From: Alphaproteobacteria bacterium
GTDB taxonomy: Bacteria; Pseudomonadota; Alphaproteobacteria; UBA828
Length of the DNA stretch: 64,000 bases
NCBI GenBank assembly: GCA_965220745.1
Contig: CBDCQT010000012.1
Location: 416,001-480,000, forward strand
Direction of reading: 5' to 3'
Below are positions 50,677 through 59,552 of the stretch, piece after piece. The notes under the pieces are model-generated. The model saw only the letters and a list, made by a program, of their open reading frames with translations. It did no database searches and had not been told where the DNA came from. Position 1 is the first letter of the stretch. The number at the start of each line of letters is the position of its first letter. Made by a program: the position numbers and the translations under genes.

Positions 50677-51801
50677 TCAGTTTCCTTCCAGCACGGCGCC
50701 AACGATTTCGGCGGCTTCCATCGTCATGACGTCGCTGAGGTGCGTGTACTTGAGGGTCGTCTCCGGGATGGCGTGGCCGAGCAACCGGCCGATGGCGAGC
50801 ACGGTCTCTCCCTCGCGCAGGGCGATGCTGGCATGGGTATGGCGGAGGTCGTGGAGACGAACGTCGCGCAACTCCGACTCGGCACGGAGCTTCCACCAGA
50901 ACCGGTCCAGCCAGCCGTCGCCCTGCGGGCCTGCCGTCCGGTACGAGGGAAACACCCAGCGGCCCTTTCGCTCCAGGGTGTCGAGAATGTTCCTGGCCGG
51001 CTCGGACAGCCAGACGGTTCGAGGACCCGTCTTCGAGTCACGGAGGAACAGGCGCCCCTCTCGGTAGTCGGACCAGCGCAGCGTGAGGATCTCGCCCTTC
51101 CGGCATCCGGTCAGCAGGAGGAGACGCACGACCGCCACCTGCTCCGGATGCTGCCCCTCATGGGCCGCGAGTGCCGTCGACAAGCGTCGGATCTCATCGT
51201 CCGACAGGAAGCGCTCGCGCCCCTCGCGGCGGTAGCGCCGGATGCCCTTGCACGGGTTCGAGGCCTCGGGCCTGAGCCCCATCGCCTCGGCCTCGCGCAT
51301 AATGACGGAGAGCACCGGCATCGACCGGTCGGCGGCGACCGGGGTGGCGCGCAGCGAAGCGAACCAGTTGACGACGTCCCGGCTGTCGATGTCGGCGACC
51401 TGCCGTCCCGCGAAGTGCGGGAGGATCTGGCTGCGCAGGTAGGCCCGGTTCACCGCCAGCGTTCCCGGCTTCCAGACCCAGCTGCGGCGCTCGAACGCGG
51501 CCTCGGCGACGGCCTCGAAGAGGGTCTCGGCGGGATCGCGTGGCGGGTCCTCCCCCAGGCGGATCGCGGCGAGCATGGTCACGGCGCGCGATCGTGCCTC
51601 GCGAACATCCATGGTGGCGGCGTCGCCTATGATCTTCCAGACGCGCTCGCCGCGATGCCGGCAGTGGACGAAGAAGCGCTTGGCGCCCGAGGGTAGCACG
51701 CGGAGGCCGAACCCCCTGAGCTTGCCGTCGCGAATGTCGTATGCGGTCTTGCGGGGCTTGAAGGCGCGGACGCGGGCGTCGGTAAGGTCGGTTCTGGGCA
51801 T
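50677..51801 (-). CDS. Tyrosine recombinase/integrase 1 with N-terminal arm-binding domain
   Basis: LTDARVRAF..IRDGKLRGFGLRV; LTGCRKGEI, HDLRHT, LLGH, TLKYTH. Confidence 0.93.
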   Translation of the reverse strand: MPRTDLTDARVRAFKPRKTAYDIRDGKLRGFGLRVLPSGAKRFFVHCRHRGERVWKIIGDAATMDVREARSRAVTMLAAIRLGEDPPRDPAETLFEAVAEAAFERRSWVWKPGTLAVNRAYLRSQILPHFAGRQVADIDSRDVVNWFASLRATPVAADRSMPVLSVIMREAEAMGLRPEASNPCKGIRRYRREGRERFLSDDEIRRLSTALAAHEGQHPEQVAVVRLLLLTGCRKGEILTLRWSDYREGRLFLRDSKTGPRTVWLSEPARNILDTLERKGRWVFPSYRTAGPQGDGWLDRFWWKLRAESELRDVRLHDLRHTHASIALREGETVLAIGRLLGHAIPETTLKYTHLSDVMTMEAAEIVGAVLEGN

Positions 51802-51919
51802 CTCCCCTCTCCCGGTTTCGGTTGCATCCTGGGAACCGGGAGTTGACGGATCCGTCCGGATGCAACAATGTGGAGGAGAGAAAACGACCCTGTGTCAGAT
51901 AGTTAGCACCGCAGGTGCG

Positions 51920-52277
51920 TGGTCCGGTGTGAAACGCGCGGCGCTGGTGCCAGGATCGCGCCATGGGGTGCGAAGGCGGACGGAATCCGGCGGGCGGGAG
52001 GAGCGGGCGCTCCGCAATCGAGAGGCTGCCCCCTTCGCAGTCTGCAACGCGGTCGTCGTCCCAGCGGAATCCTGCCCATCCCGCTTAATCCCGGCGTGGC
52101 CCACAACAAAATTAAGGTTGTGTGTCCCACGTGAGACGCGGGAGGGGTAGTTGCGCCCCGCCAGCGCAACCCTATAGTGCGCGCCATGCCCGCAGAGACT
52201 CTCGACCTCGGCCTCGCCAAGCCGCGCCGTGAGACGCGCGTGGTCGTCGCCATGTCCGGCGGCGTCGATTCGTCCGT
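51920..52277 (+). repeat. Right copy of the direct repeat (putative attR); supplies the promoter and 5' end of intact mnmA
   Basis: Matches 10291-10642. Confidence 0.95.
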
Positions 52278-53367
52278 CACCGCCGCCCTGCTGGCGGAGG
52301 CGGGCTACGAGGTGGTCGGCATCACGCTCCAGCTCTATGCGTCGGGCGGTCCGCGGGCGCGCCCCGGCGCCTGCTGTGCTGGGGAGGACATCTACGACGC
52401 CCGCCGCGTCGCGGATCGGCTCGGCATCCGCCACTACGTGCTCGACTACGAGACGCGCTTCAAGGAGGCGGTGATCGACGATTTCGCCGACTCCTACCTA
52501 CGCGGCGAGACGCCGATCCCCTGCGTGCGCTGCAACGAGCGGGTGAAGTTCCGCGACCTGCTGGCGCTCGCCCGCGACCTGGGCGCGGACGCGCTCGCCA
52601 CCGGCCACTACGTGCGGCGCGTGGCGGGGCCGGAGGGACCCGAGCTCCACCGGGCGGTCGATGGTGCGCGCGACCAGAGCTACTTCCTCTTCGCGACGAC
52701 GCAGGAGCAGCTGGAGTTCCTGCGCTTCCCCTTGGGCGACATGCCGAAGGAGCGCGTGCGGACGCACGCGGAGCGGCTTGGCCTCGCCGTCGCGGACAAG
52801 CCGGACAGCCAGGACATCTGCTTTGTGCCCTCCGGCCGCTATGCCGGCGTGATCGAGAGGCTCCGCCCCGGTGCCGCCGAGCCGGGCGATATCGTGGACG
52901 AGGCGGGCCGGGTGCTGGGCCGCCACGAAGGCATCATCCGCTACACCGTGGGCCAGCGGCGCGGGCTCGGCATCGCGGCGCCCGAGCCGCTCTACGTGCT
53001 CTCGGTGGATGCCGCGCGCCGCGCGGTCGTGGTGGGTCCGCAGGCTGCGCTGCTACGGGACCGGGTCTTCACCGGCCCGCTCGCCTGGATCGGCGGCGAC
53101 GCGCCCCGGCCCGGCGAAGAGCGGGCGGTGGTGGCGCGGCTCCGCTCCAGCCATCCCGGCGCGCCGGCGCGGCTGGTGCGCGGCGCCGACAGCACCGCCG
53201 AGGTCACGCTGGATGAGCCCGAGCCCTCGACCGCGCCGGGGCAGGCCTGCGTTCTCTACGATGGCGACCGCGTGCTCGGCGGCGGCTGGATCACCGGCAC
53301 CGGGCGGAGCGCCGTTCTCGCGGGCGGTGACGGCCACGCCGGCGTGGCCGAAATGGCCGCCGCCTGA
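52186..53367 (+). CDS. mnmA: tRNA-specific 2-thiouridylase
   Basis: [55 protein letters not shown]. Confidence 0.97.
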   Translation: MPAETLDLGLAKPRRETRVVVAMSGGVDSSVTAALLAEAGYEVVGITLQLYASGGPRARPGACCAGEDIYDARRVADRLGIRHYVLDYETRFKEAVIDDFADSYLRGETPIPCVRCNERVKFRDLLALARDLGADALATGHYVRRVAGPEGPELHRAVDGARDQSYFLFATTQEQLEFLRFPLGDMPKERVRTHAERLGLAVADKPDSQDICFVPSGRYAGVIERLRPGAAEPGDIVDEAGRVLGRHEGIIRYTVGQRRGLGIAAPEPLYVLSVDAARRAVVVGPQAALLRDRVFTGPLAWIGGDAPRPGEERAVVARLRSSHPGAPARLVRGADSTAEVTLDEPEPSTAPGQACVLYDGDRVLGGGWITGTGRSAVLAGGDGHAGVAEMAAA

Positions 53368-53439
53368 CGCCGCGCTCGTGAGTCCCAACCACTCGGCCTT
53401 CGCTCTGCGCGATCCTGCTTCGGAAAGCGGCGAGGGCCC

Positions 53440-54660
53440 GTGACCGAGCCCCGGCTGATTACCGAGAGCGCTCCGCTCGCAGAGCTTTGCGCGGCGTGGC
53501 GGGAGGCCGAGTTCGTCACGGTCGATACCGAGTTCATGCGCGAGAGCACCTATCGCGCCAAGTTGTGCCTGCTGCAGATCGGCCCGGCCGAGGGGGAGCC
53601 GGTCGCCGTCGATCCGCTCGCGGAGGGAATCGACCTCGCGCCGCTCTACGATCTCTTGGTGCGCGCGCCGGTGCTCAAGGTCTTCCACGCCGCGCGGCAG
53701 GACGTCGAGGTGCTGCTGCCGCTCGCCGGCGGGGTGCCGCACCCGCTCTTCGACACCCAGATTGCCGCCATGGTGTGCGGCTTCGGCGATTCGGTCGGCT
53801 ACGAGACGCTGGTCGCCAAGCTCGCGCACGGGCGCATAGACAAGACCCAGCGCTTCACCGACTGGGCGCGCCGGCCGCTCACCGAGCGCCAGCTGCGCTA
53901 CGCCCTCTCCGACGTAAGTCACCTCCGGGTGGTGTACGAGAAGCTCGCGGCGAAGCTGGAACGTACCGGCCGGCGCTCGTGGCTCGACGAGGAGCTGGCG
54001 ACGCTCACGGACCCCGCCACCTACGAGAACCTGCCCGAGGAGGCGTGGCGGCGGATCAAGGTGCGCGGCGGCAACCGGCGCTTCTTCGCCATCCTGCGCG
54101 AGGTCGCGGCCTGGCGCGAGACCGAGGCCGCCCGGCGCGACAAGCCCCGCCCCTGGGTGATGCGCGATACCGCGCTGAGCGAGATCGCAGCGCAGCGCCC
54201 GCGCACGGTGAAGGAGCTCGCCAAGCTGCGCTCGGTGAGCCAGCGAAGCGCCGAGAGCGCTACGGGCGCGGCGCTGCTGGCGGCGGTGGAGCGCGGTCTG
54301 GCGCTCCCCGACGAGGCCTGTCCGAAGCCGCCGCCCCGGCCGGAAAAATCTGCTGCACCAGCGGCCTTGACCGATCTCCTCAAGGTGCTTCTTACCTTCA
54401 AGAGCGAGGAGAGCGGCGTCGCCCGAAAGCTGATCGCCAGCGCCGCCGATCTGGAACGGATCGCCCAGGGGCAGACGAATGGGGTGCCGGCGCTGCAGGG
54501 CTGGCGGCGGGCTCTCTTCGGCGATGCCGCGCTCGATCTGGTGAACGGCCGGCTGGCGCTCACCGTGGAGCACGGCGTGCTTCGCCTGCTCGCCTGCGAC
54601 GGCGCCGTCGATCGCGCGCCGGCGTCGGTTCAGCCGCTGGCAGCCGTGGAGAAGCGGTGA
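53440..54660 (+). CDS. rnd: Ribonuclease D
   Basis: VDTEFMRESTY, KVFHAARQD, FDTQIAA, DWARRPL, YALSDV, HRDC domain, GWRR. Confidence 0.95.
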   Translation: MTEPRLITESAPLAELCAAWREAEFVTVDTEFMRESTYRAKLCLLQIGPAEGEPVAVDPLAEGIDLAPLYDLLVRAPVLKVFHAARQDVEVLLPLAGGVPHPLFDTQIAAMVCGFGDSVGYETLVAKLAHGRIDKTQRFTDWARRPLTERQLRYALSDVSHLRVVYEKLAAKLERTGRRSWLDEELATLTDPATYENLPEEAWRRIKVRGGNRRFFAILREVAAWRETEAARRDKPRPWVMRDTALSEIAAQRPRTVKELAKLRSVSQRSAESATGAALLAAVERGLALPDEACPKPPPRPEKSAAPAALTDLLKVLLTFKSEESGVARKLIASAADLERIAQGQTNGVPALQGWRRALFGDAALDLVNGRLALTVEHGVLRLLACDGAVDRAPASVQPLAAVEKR

Positions 54661-55490
54661 ACGCGCGAGCAGCCTGGTTCGATCCGTTGCGGCTCACCGC
54701 CGACGACCCGCGGCCCTACTCCCGAATTGGGCCGGTCAGTGTCCATCCGCATTTCGTCCTGGTCTGCGACCATGCGAGCAACGCGGTCCCGGCCCACATG
54801 GAGCGTCTGGGCCTCGACCAGGCGGAGCTAGACCGCCACATCGGCTGGGACATCGGCGCGGCGATGGTCACCAGATCGCTCAGCGCCTGGCTCGACGCGC
54901 CGGCGTACTTCTCCGGCTATTCGCGCCTGGTGGTCGATTGCAATCGCCCGGTGGGGAGCCCCACGGCGATGCCCGCGGTGAGCGACGGCACCGTCGTGCC
55001 GGCCAATCAGTCGATCTCGCCGGAGGAGGCTGCGGCGCGGACGGACGCGTTCTTCCGCCCCTATCACGACGCCATCGCCGCATGCCTCGACCGAGCGATC
55101 GGCTTTGGCGCGGTGCCGATCCTGGTGGCGGTCCACAGCTTCACGCCGGTCTTCGACGGCTTCGCCCGGCCGTGGGAGGTGGGGCTGCTCTACGAGCACG
55201 ACGACCGGCTGGTGCAGCCGCTGAAGCAGGCGCTCGCTGCGCTCCGCCCGGGGCTCACTGTCGGCGACAACGAGCCCTACGCCATCGTCGGCCCGTCCGA
55301 CTATTCGATTCCGGTGCACGGACAGGGGCGCGGCCTGCCCCATATCGAGATCGAGCTGCGTCAGGACCTGATCGGTACGGAGGAGGGCGCCCGGTCCTGG
55401 GCCGAGACTCTCGCCGTCGCGTTCAAGCAGGTGCGAACGGAGTTGGCGCCGCTCGCGATCGAGAACCGGGTGCCACCGGGCGCCGGATGA
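54657..55490 (+). CDS. N-formylglutamate amidohydrolase family protein
   Basis: LVCDHASN, HIGWDIG, SRLVVDCNR, HSFTP, NEPY, EIELRQD; GTG overlaps the rnd stop. Confidence 0.9.
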   Translation: MNARAAWFDPLRLTADDPRPYSRIGPVSVHPHFVLVCDHASNAVPAHMERLGLDQAELDRHIGWDIGAAMVTRSLSAWLDAPAYFSGYSRLVVDCNRPVGSPTAMPAVSDGTVVPANQSISPEEAAARTDAFFRPYHDAIAACLDRAIGFGAVPILVAVHSFTPVFDGFARPWEVGLLYEHDDRLVQPLKQALAALRPGLTVGDNEPYAIVGPSDYSIPVHGQGRGLPHIEIELRQDLIGTEEGARSWAETLAVAFKQVRTELAPLAIENRVPPGAG

Positions 55491-55543
55491 GCCCTCCGCC
55501 CGCGGAGTGCGGGCGAAGGGAGTTGCCGATACGAAGTTCGCCG

Positions 55544-56203
55544 CTACTCGGGCTGCGGCACGATCCTGAGATAGGGTTTCGGGGCCGTCCAGCCGTCCGG
55601 GTAGGTCTTCCTGGCCTCCTCGTCGGAGACCGCCGGCACGATGATCACGTCCTCGCCCTGCTTCCAGTTCACCGGCGTCGCCACCTTGTGCTTCGCTGTG
55701 AGCTGGCAGGAATCGAGCACGCGCAGCACCTCGTCGAAGTTGCGGCCGGTGCTCATCGGGTAGGTGAGGGAAAGCTTGATCTTCTTGTCCGGGCCGACGA
55801 GGAAGACGGTGCGGACGGTGAGATTGTCCACCGCCGTACGCCCCTCGGAGGTGGTGCCGGCGCCCGCCGGCAGCATCTCGTAGAGGGTCGCGATCTTGAG
55901 CTCGGGGTCCCCGATCAGCGGGTAGTTGACCGCGTGACCTTGCGTTTCCTCGATATCCTTCGACCAGGCGTGGTGATCGCTCACGCCGTCCACGCTGAGC
56001 CCCAGGACCTTGCAGTTGCGCTTCTCGAACTCCGACTTGAGGCCGGCCATGTAGCCGAGCTCGGTGGTGCAGACCGGCGTGAAGTCCTTGGGATGGGAGA
56101 AAAGAATCGCCCAGCCGTCGCCGATCCAGTCGTGAAAGTCGATCGAGCCTTCGGTGGTGTCTGCCGTGAAGTTGGGTGCTTCGTCGCCAATCCGCAGTGC
56201 CAT
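55544..56203 (-). CDS. 1-Cys peroxiredoxin (Prx6)
   Basis: FSHPKDFTPVCTTE, TGRNFDE, ATPVNW. Confidence 0.95.
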   Translation of the reverse strand: MALRIGDEAPNFTADTTEGSIDFHDWIGDGWAILFSHPKDFTPVCTTELGYMAGLKSEFEKRNCKVLGLSVDGVSDHHAWSKDIEETQGHAVNYPLIGDPELKIATLYEMLPAGAGTTSEGRTAVDNLTVRTVFLVGPDKKIKLSLTYPMSTGRNFDEVLRVLDSCQLTAKHKVATPVNWKQGEDVIIVPAVSDEEARKTYPDGWTAPKPYLRIVPQPE

Positions 56204-56380
56204 TGCCTGGTGTCTCCTCTTGAGCGACCGCGGGCCGGCGGTTGCGCAGGCTGCGGTCTTGTCAAATTGGGGTCGAGCGGCCCCTCGCGCGCCTTAGCGG
56301 CCGCCGATAGACGACAATGTGGTGAGCGCAGCCCGCCGCGCAAGCGCCTTTTGCAGGCGCCTGCGCGGGAGCAGATCCAA

Positions 56381-56866
56381 TTAGAGCTGCGTGAGCATGT
56401 GCTCCGCGCTGCTCACGTCCATCTCCGCCGGGTTCTCCTCCACGTTGAGGGTGGTGATCGTGCCGTCGTCCACGATCATGGAGAACCGGGTCGTCCGCTC
56501 GCCAAGCCCGAAGCCGGTGCCGTCGAGGGTGAGCCCCGTCGCCCGCGCGAACTCGCCGTTGCCGTCCGCCAGCATGTCGATGGTATCGCCGCTGCCGGTG
56601 TCCTCGCCCCAGGCCTTCATCACGAACGCGTCGTTGACCGACACGCAGGCGATCTGGTCGACGCCCTTGGCCTTGAGCGCATCGGCCTGCGCCAAGAAGC
56701 TCGGCACGTGCTTGGCCGAGCAGGTCGGCGTGAACGCGCCGGGGACGGCGAAGAGCGCCGTCTTCTTGCCGCCGAAATAGTCGTCGCTCGCTACGTCGCT
56801 GAGCCCGTCCGCCGTCAGCATCTTGAAGTTGACCGACGGCACCTTGTCGCCCGCGCTAACTGCCAT
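56381..56866 (-). CDS. Peroxiredoxin (Prx5 type)
   Basis: VPGAFTPTCS, SVNDAFVM, ADGNGEF. Confidence 0.93.
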   Translation of the reverse strand: MAVSAGDKVPSVNFKMLTADGLSDVASDDYFGGKKTALFAVPGAFTPTCSAKHVPSFLAQADALKAKGVDQIACVSVNDAFVMKAWGEDTGSGDTIDMLADGNGEFARATGLTLDGTGFGLGERTTRFSMIVDDGTITTLNVEENPAEMDVSSAEHMLTQL

Positions 56867-57087
56867 TGTCTCCCTCTCCTCTGGCACGTTGGATTGCCGG
56901 GTCCACCCCGGTTGGCGCGCACTATGCGAAGAGCGCCGCGGGAATGCAAACCCCGCCTGTGCCCGCAGCAGCTACCGCATCGGCGTGCTCCGCCCGCTCC
57001 GTTTTCCGCCGCGCGCGCCCGTGCTAGGGAATGCGGCGGCGGCACGTGGTAGCGCGACAGGGAGGGCCCGGCGCGGGCGAGGGAGCG

Positions 57088-59535
57088 ATGACCGAGGCGT
57101 TACCGACTCAGGCCCAGGTGGTGATCGTCGGCGGCGGCATCATCGGATGCAGCATGGCCTACCACCTGACCAAGCTTGGCCTGCGCGACGTGGTCCTTCT
57201 GGAGCGGGGCCATCTCACCGGCGGCACCTCATGGCACGCCGCAGGCCTGGTCAACCAGCTGCGCGCGACCTCGACGCTGACGGAGCTCGCGCGCTACGCC
57301 GTCGGCCTCTACGAGACGTTGGAAGCCGAGACCGGCCAGGCGACCGGCTTCCGCCGCAAGGGCAGCCTGCCCATCGCCCGCACCGAAGAACGGCTCACCG
57401 AGATCAGGCGCACGGCCGCGCTCGGCGACTGCTTCGGCGTCGAGGCCTACGAGGTCGGGCTGAACGAGGTGGCGGCGCTCTATCCGCTGATGGACGTCTC
57501 GCGGATCAAGGGCGCCATCTACATTCCCGGAGACGGCCAGACCAATCCCGTCGATACCGCGATGGCGCTCGCCAAGGGCGCCCGCGCACGGGGGGCGCGC
57601 ATCTTCGAGGAAACCGCCGTCACCGGCTTCGAGCGCAGGAACGGCGCGGTCTCCGGCGTCTGCACCGTTCAAGGCACCGTCGCCTGCGAAACCGTCGTCA
57701 ACTGCGGCGGTGTCTGGGCACGCGAGATCGGGCTGATGGCGGGCGTCAGCGTGCCGCTCTACGCCGCCGAGCACATGTACGTGGTCACCGAGCCGATCGA
57801 GGGGCTCTCGCCCGATGCGCCGATCATCCGCGACACCGACGGCTACATCTACGTGAAGGAGGACGCGGGCCGCCTGCTCGTCGGCTCCTTCGAGCCGGTG
57901 GCGAAGCCGCTGCCGCTGGAGAAGCTGCCCGAGGGCGCCGAGTTCGTCGAGCTGCCCGAGGATTGGGACCACTTCGAGCTGCCGATGACCAACGCCATCG
58001 AGCTCCTGCCGGTGCTCGAACGGGCGCCGATCCGCCGCTTCATGAACGGGCCGGAGAGCTTCACGCCGGACAACAAGTTCGTGCTCGGCGAGGCGCCGGA
58101 GCTCGCGCGCTTCTTCGTCACCGCCGGCTTCAACTCGCAAGGCATCCTCACCGCCGCCGGCGCCGGCAAGGTGATGTCGGAGTGGATCGTGGAGGGGCAG
58201 CCCACGGTGGACCTCGCCGAGCTCGACATCTCCCGCTTCGCCCGCTTCCAGAACAACCGCCGCTATCTGGTCGACCGCACGAAGGAGAGCCTGGGCCTGC
58301 TGTTCCAGATGCACTGGCCCCATCGCCAGGTTGAAACCGCGCGGCCCGTGCGGCTCAGCCCGCTGCACGCGCGGCTTGCCGCCCACAACGCCTGCTTCGG
58401 CGAGGCGGCAGGCTGGGAGCGCGCCAACTGGTTCGCGTCCGACGGCGTGGAACCGGCCTATGAGTACGCCTACGGCAAGCAGAACTGGTTCGATTACGTG
58501 CGGGAGGAGCACCGCGCCGTGCGCCAGGCGGTCGGTATCCTCGACATGAGCTCGTTCGCGAAATACCTGGTGCAGGGGCCGGATGCGGAGCGCGAGCTGC
58601 AGCGCCTCTGCGCCAACGATGTCGCGGTGCCGGCGGGCAAGATCGTCTACACGCAACTGCTCAACAGGCGGGGCGGGATCGAGGCGGACCTCACCGTGAC
58701 CCGGCTCGACGACGACCGTTACCTGGTTGTGACCTCGGCGGCATCCCAGACCCGCGACCTCACCTGGATCGAGCGGAACCTGAGTGACGGCGCGCGGGTC
58801 TATGTCACCGATGTGACCTCGGGCTCCGGCGTGCTCGCCGTGATGGGCCCCAACGCCAGGGCGTTGCTCGGGCGGGTCAGCGATGCCGACCTCTCCAACG
58901 AGGCCTTCCCCTTCGGCACCTGCCAGGAGATCGACATCGGCTACGCGCACGCGAGGGCGATGCGGGTCTCCTACGTCGGCGAGCTCGGCTGGGAGCTGCA
59001 CATCGCGACCGAATACATGGTGCCGGTCTTCGACCGGCTGCTCGAAGCGGGCGCCGACCTCGGCGTCGGGCTGTGCGGCATCCACGCGATGGATTCGCTC
59101 AGGAGCGAGAAGGGCTATCGCCACTGGGGCCACGACATCACCCAGGCCGAGACCCCGCTGGAAGCCGGCCTCGGCTTCGCCGTCTCGTTCAAGAAGGATG
59201 CCGAGTTCATCGGCCGCGCGGCGCTGGAACGCCAGCGCGAGGAGGGACTCACCGCGCGCCTCGTCCACGTGATGCTGGAGAGGCCCGAGCCCTTCATGTT
59301 CCACGACGAGACCATTTACCTGGACGACAGGGTCGCGGGCCGCATCACCTCTGCGGCCTACGGCTACGGCTTCGACCGGCCGGTCGGCATGGGCTATCTG
59401 CTGAGCGACGAGCCGCGCCGGTGGCAGGCACTGGACGACGGCGCCTACGAGGTCGATATCGCCGGCGAGCGTGTGCCGGCGGCGATGTCGCTCACGCCTT
59501 TCTACGATCCGGCAGGCGAGCGGTTGCGGAGCTGA
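57088..59535 (+). CDS. GcvT-family FAD dehydrogenase (dimethylglycine/sarcosine dehydrogenase-like)
   Basis: IVGGGIIG, GTSWHAAG, NGPESFTPD, GWERANWF, YVGELGWE, LRSEKGY. Confidence 0.9.
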   Translation: MTEALPTQAQVVIVGGGIIGCSMAYHLTKLGLRDVVLLERGHLTGGTSWHAAGLVNQLRATSTLTELARYAVGLYETLEAETGQATGFRRKGSLPIARTEERLTEIRRTAALGDCFGVEAYEVGLNEVAALYPLMDVSRIKGAIYIPGDGQTNPVDTAMALAKGARARGARIFEETAVTGFERRNGAVSGVCTVQGTVACETVVNCGGVWAREIGLMAGVSVPLYAAEHMYVVTEPIEGLSPDAPIIRDTDGYIYVKEDAGRLLVGSFEPVAKPLPLEKLPEGAEFVELPEDWDHFELPMTNAIELLPVLERAPIRRFMNGPESFTPDNKFVLGEAPELARFFVTAGFNSQGILTAAGAGKVMSEWIVEGQPTVDLAELDISRFARFQNNRRYLVDRTKESLGLLFQMHWPHRQVETARPVRLSPLHARLAAHNACFGEAAGWERANWFASDGVEPAYEYAYGKQNWFDYVREEHRAVRQAVGILDMSSFAKYLVQGPDAERELQRLCANDVAVPAGKIVYTQLLNRRGGIEADLTVTRLDDDRYLVVTSAASQTRDLTWIERNLSDGARVYVTDVTSGSGVLAVMGPNARALLGRVSDADLSNEAFPFGTCQEIDIGYAHARAMRVSYVGELGWELHIATEYMVPVFDRLLEAGADLGVGLCGIHAMDSLRSEKGYRHWGHDITQAETPLEAGLGFAVSFKKDAEFIGRAALERQREEGLTARLVHVMLERPEPFMFHDETIYLDDRVAGRITSAAYGYGFDRPVGMGYLLSDEPRRWQALDDGAYEVDIAGERVPAAMSLTPFYDPAGERLRS

Positions 59536-59552
59536 GGGCGGTAGGGCGCGGC

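Larger units (their letters stand above)
10643..52277. mobile_element. ~41.6 kb integrative genomic island in the 5' end of mnmA
   Basis: Flanking direct repeat (offset 41635 bp), two tyrosine integrases at the right end, many IS scars, core isc and mnmA genes on either side. Confidence 0.85.

Noticed and set aside
49528-51801. Prophage or RIT element
   Set aside because: No phage structural genes; only two recombinases, both with arm-type N-termini
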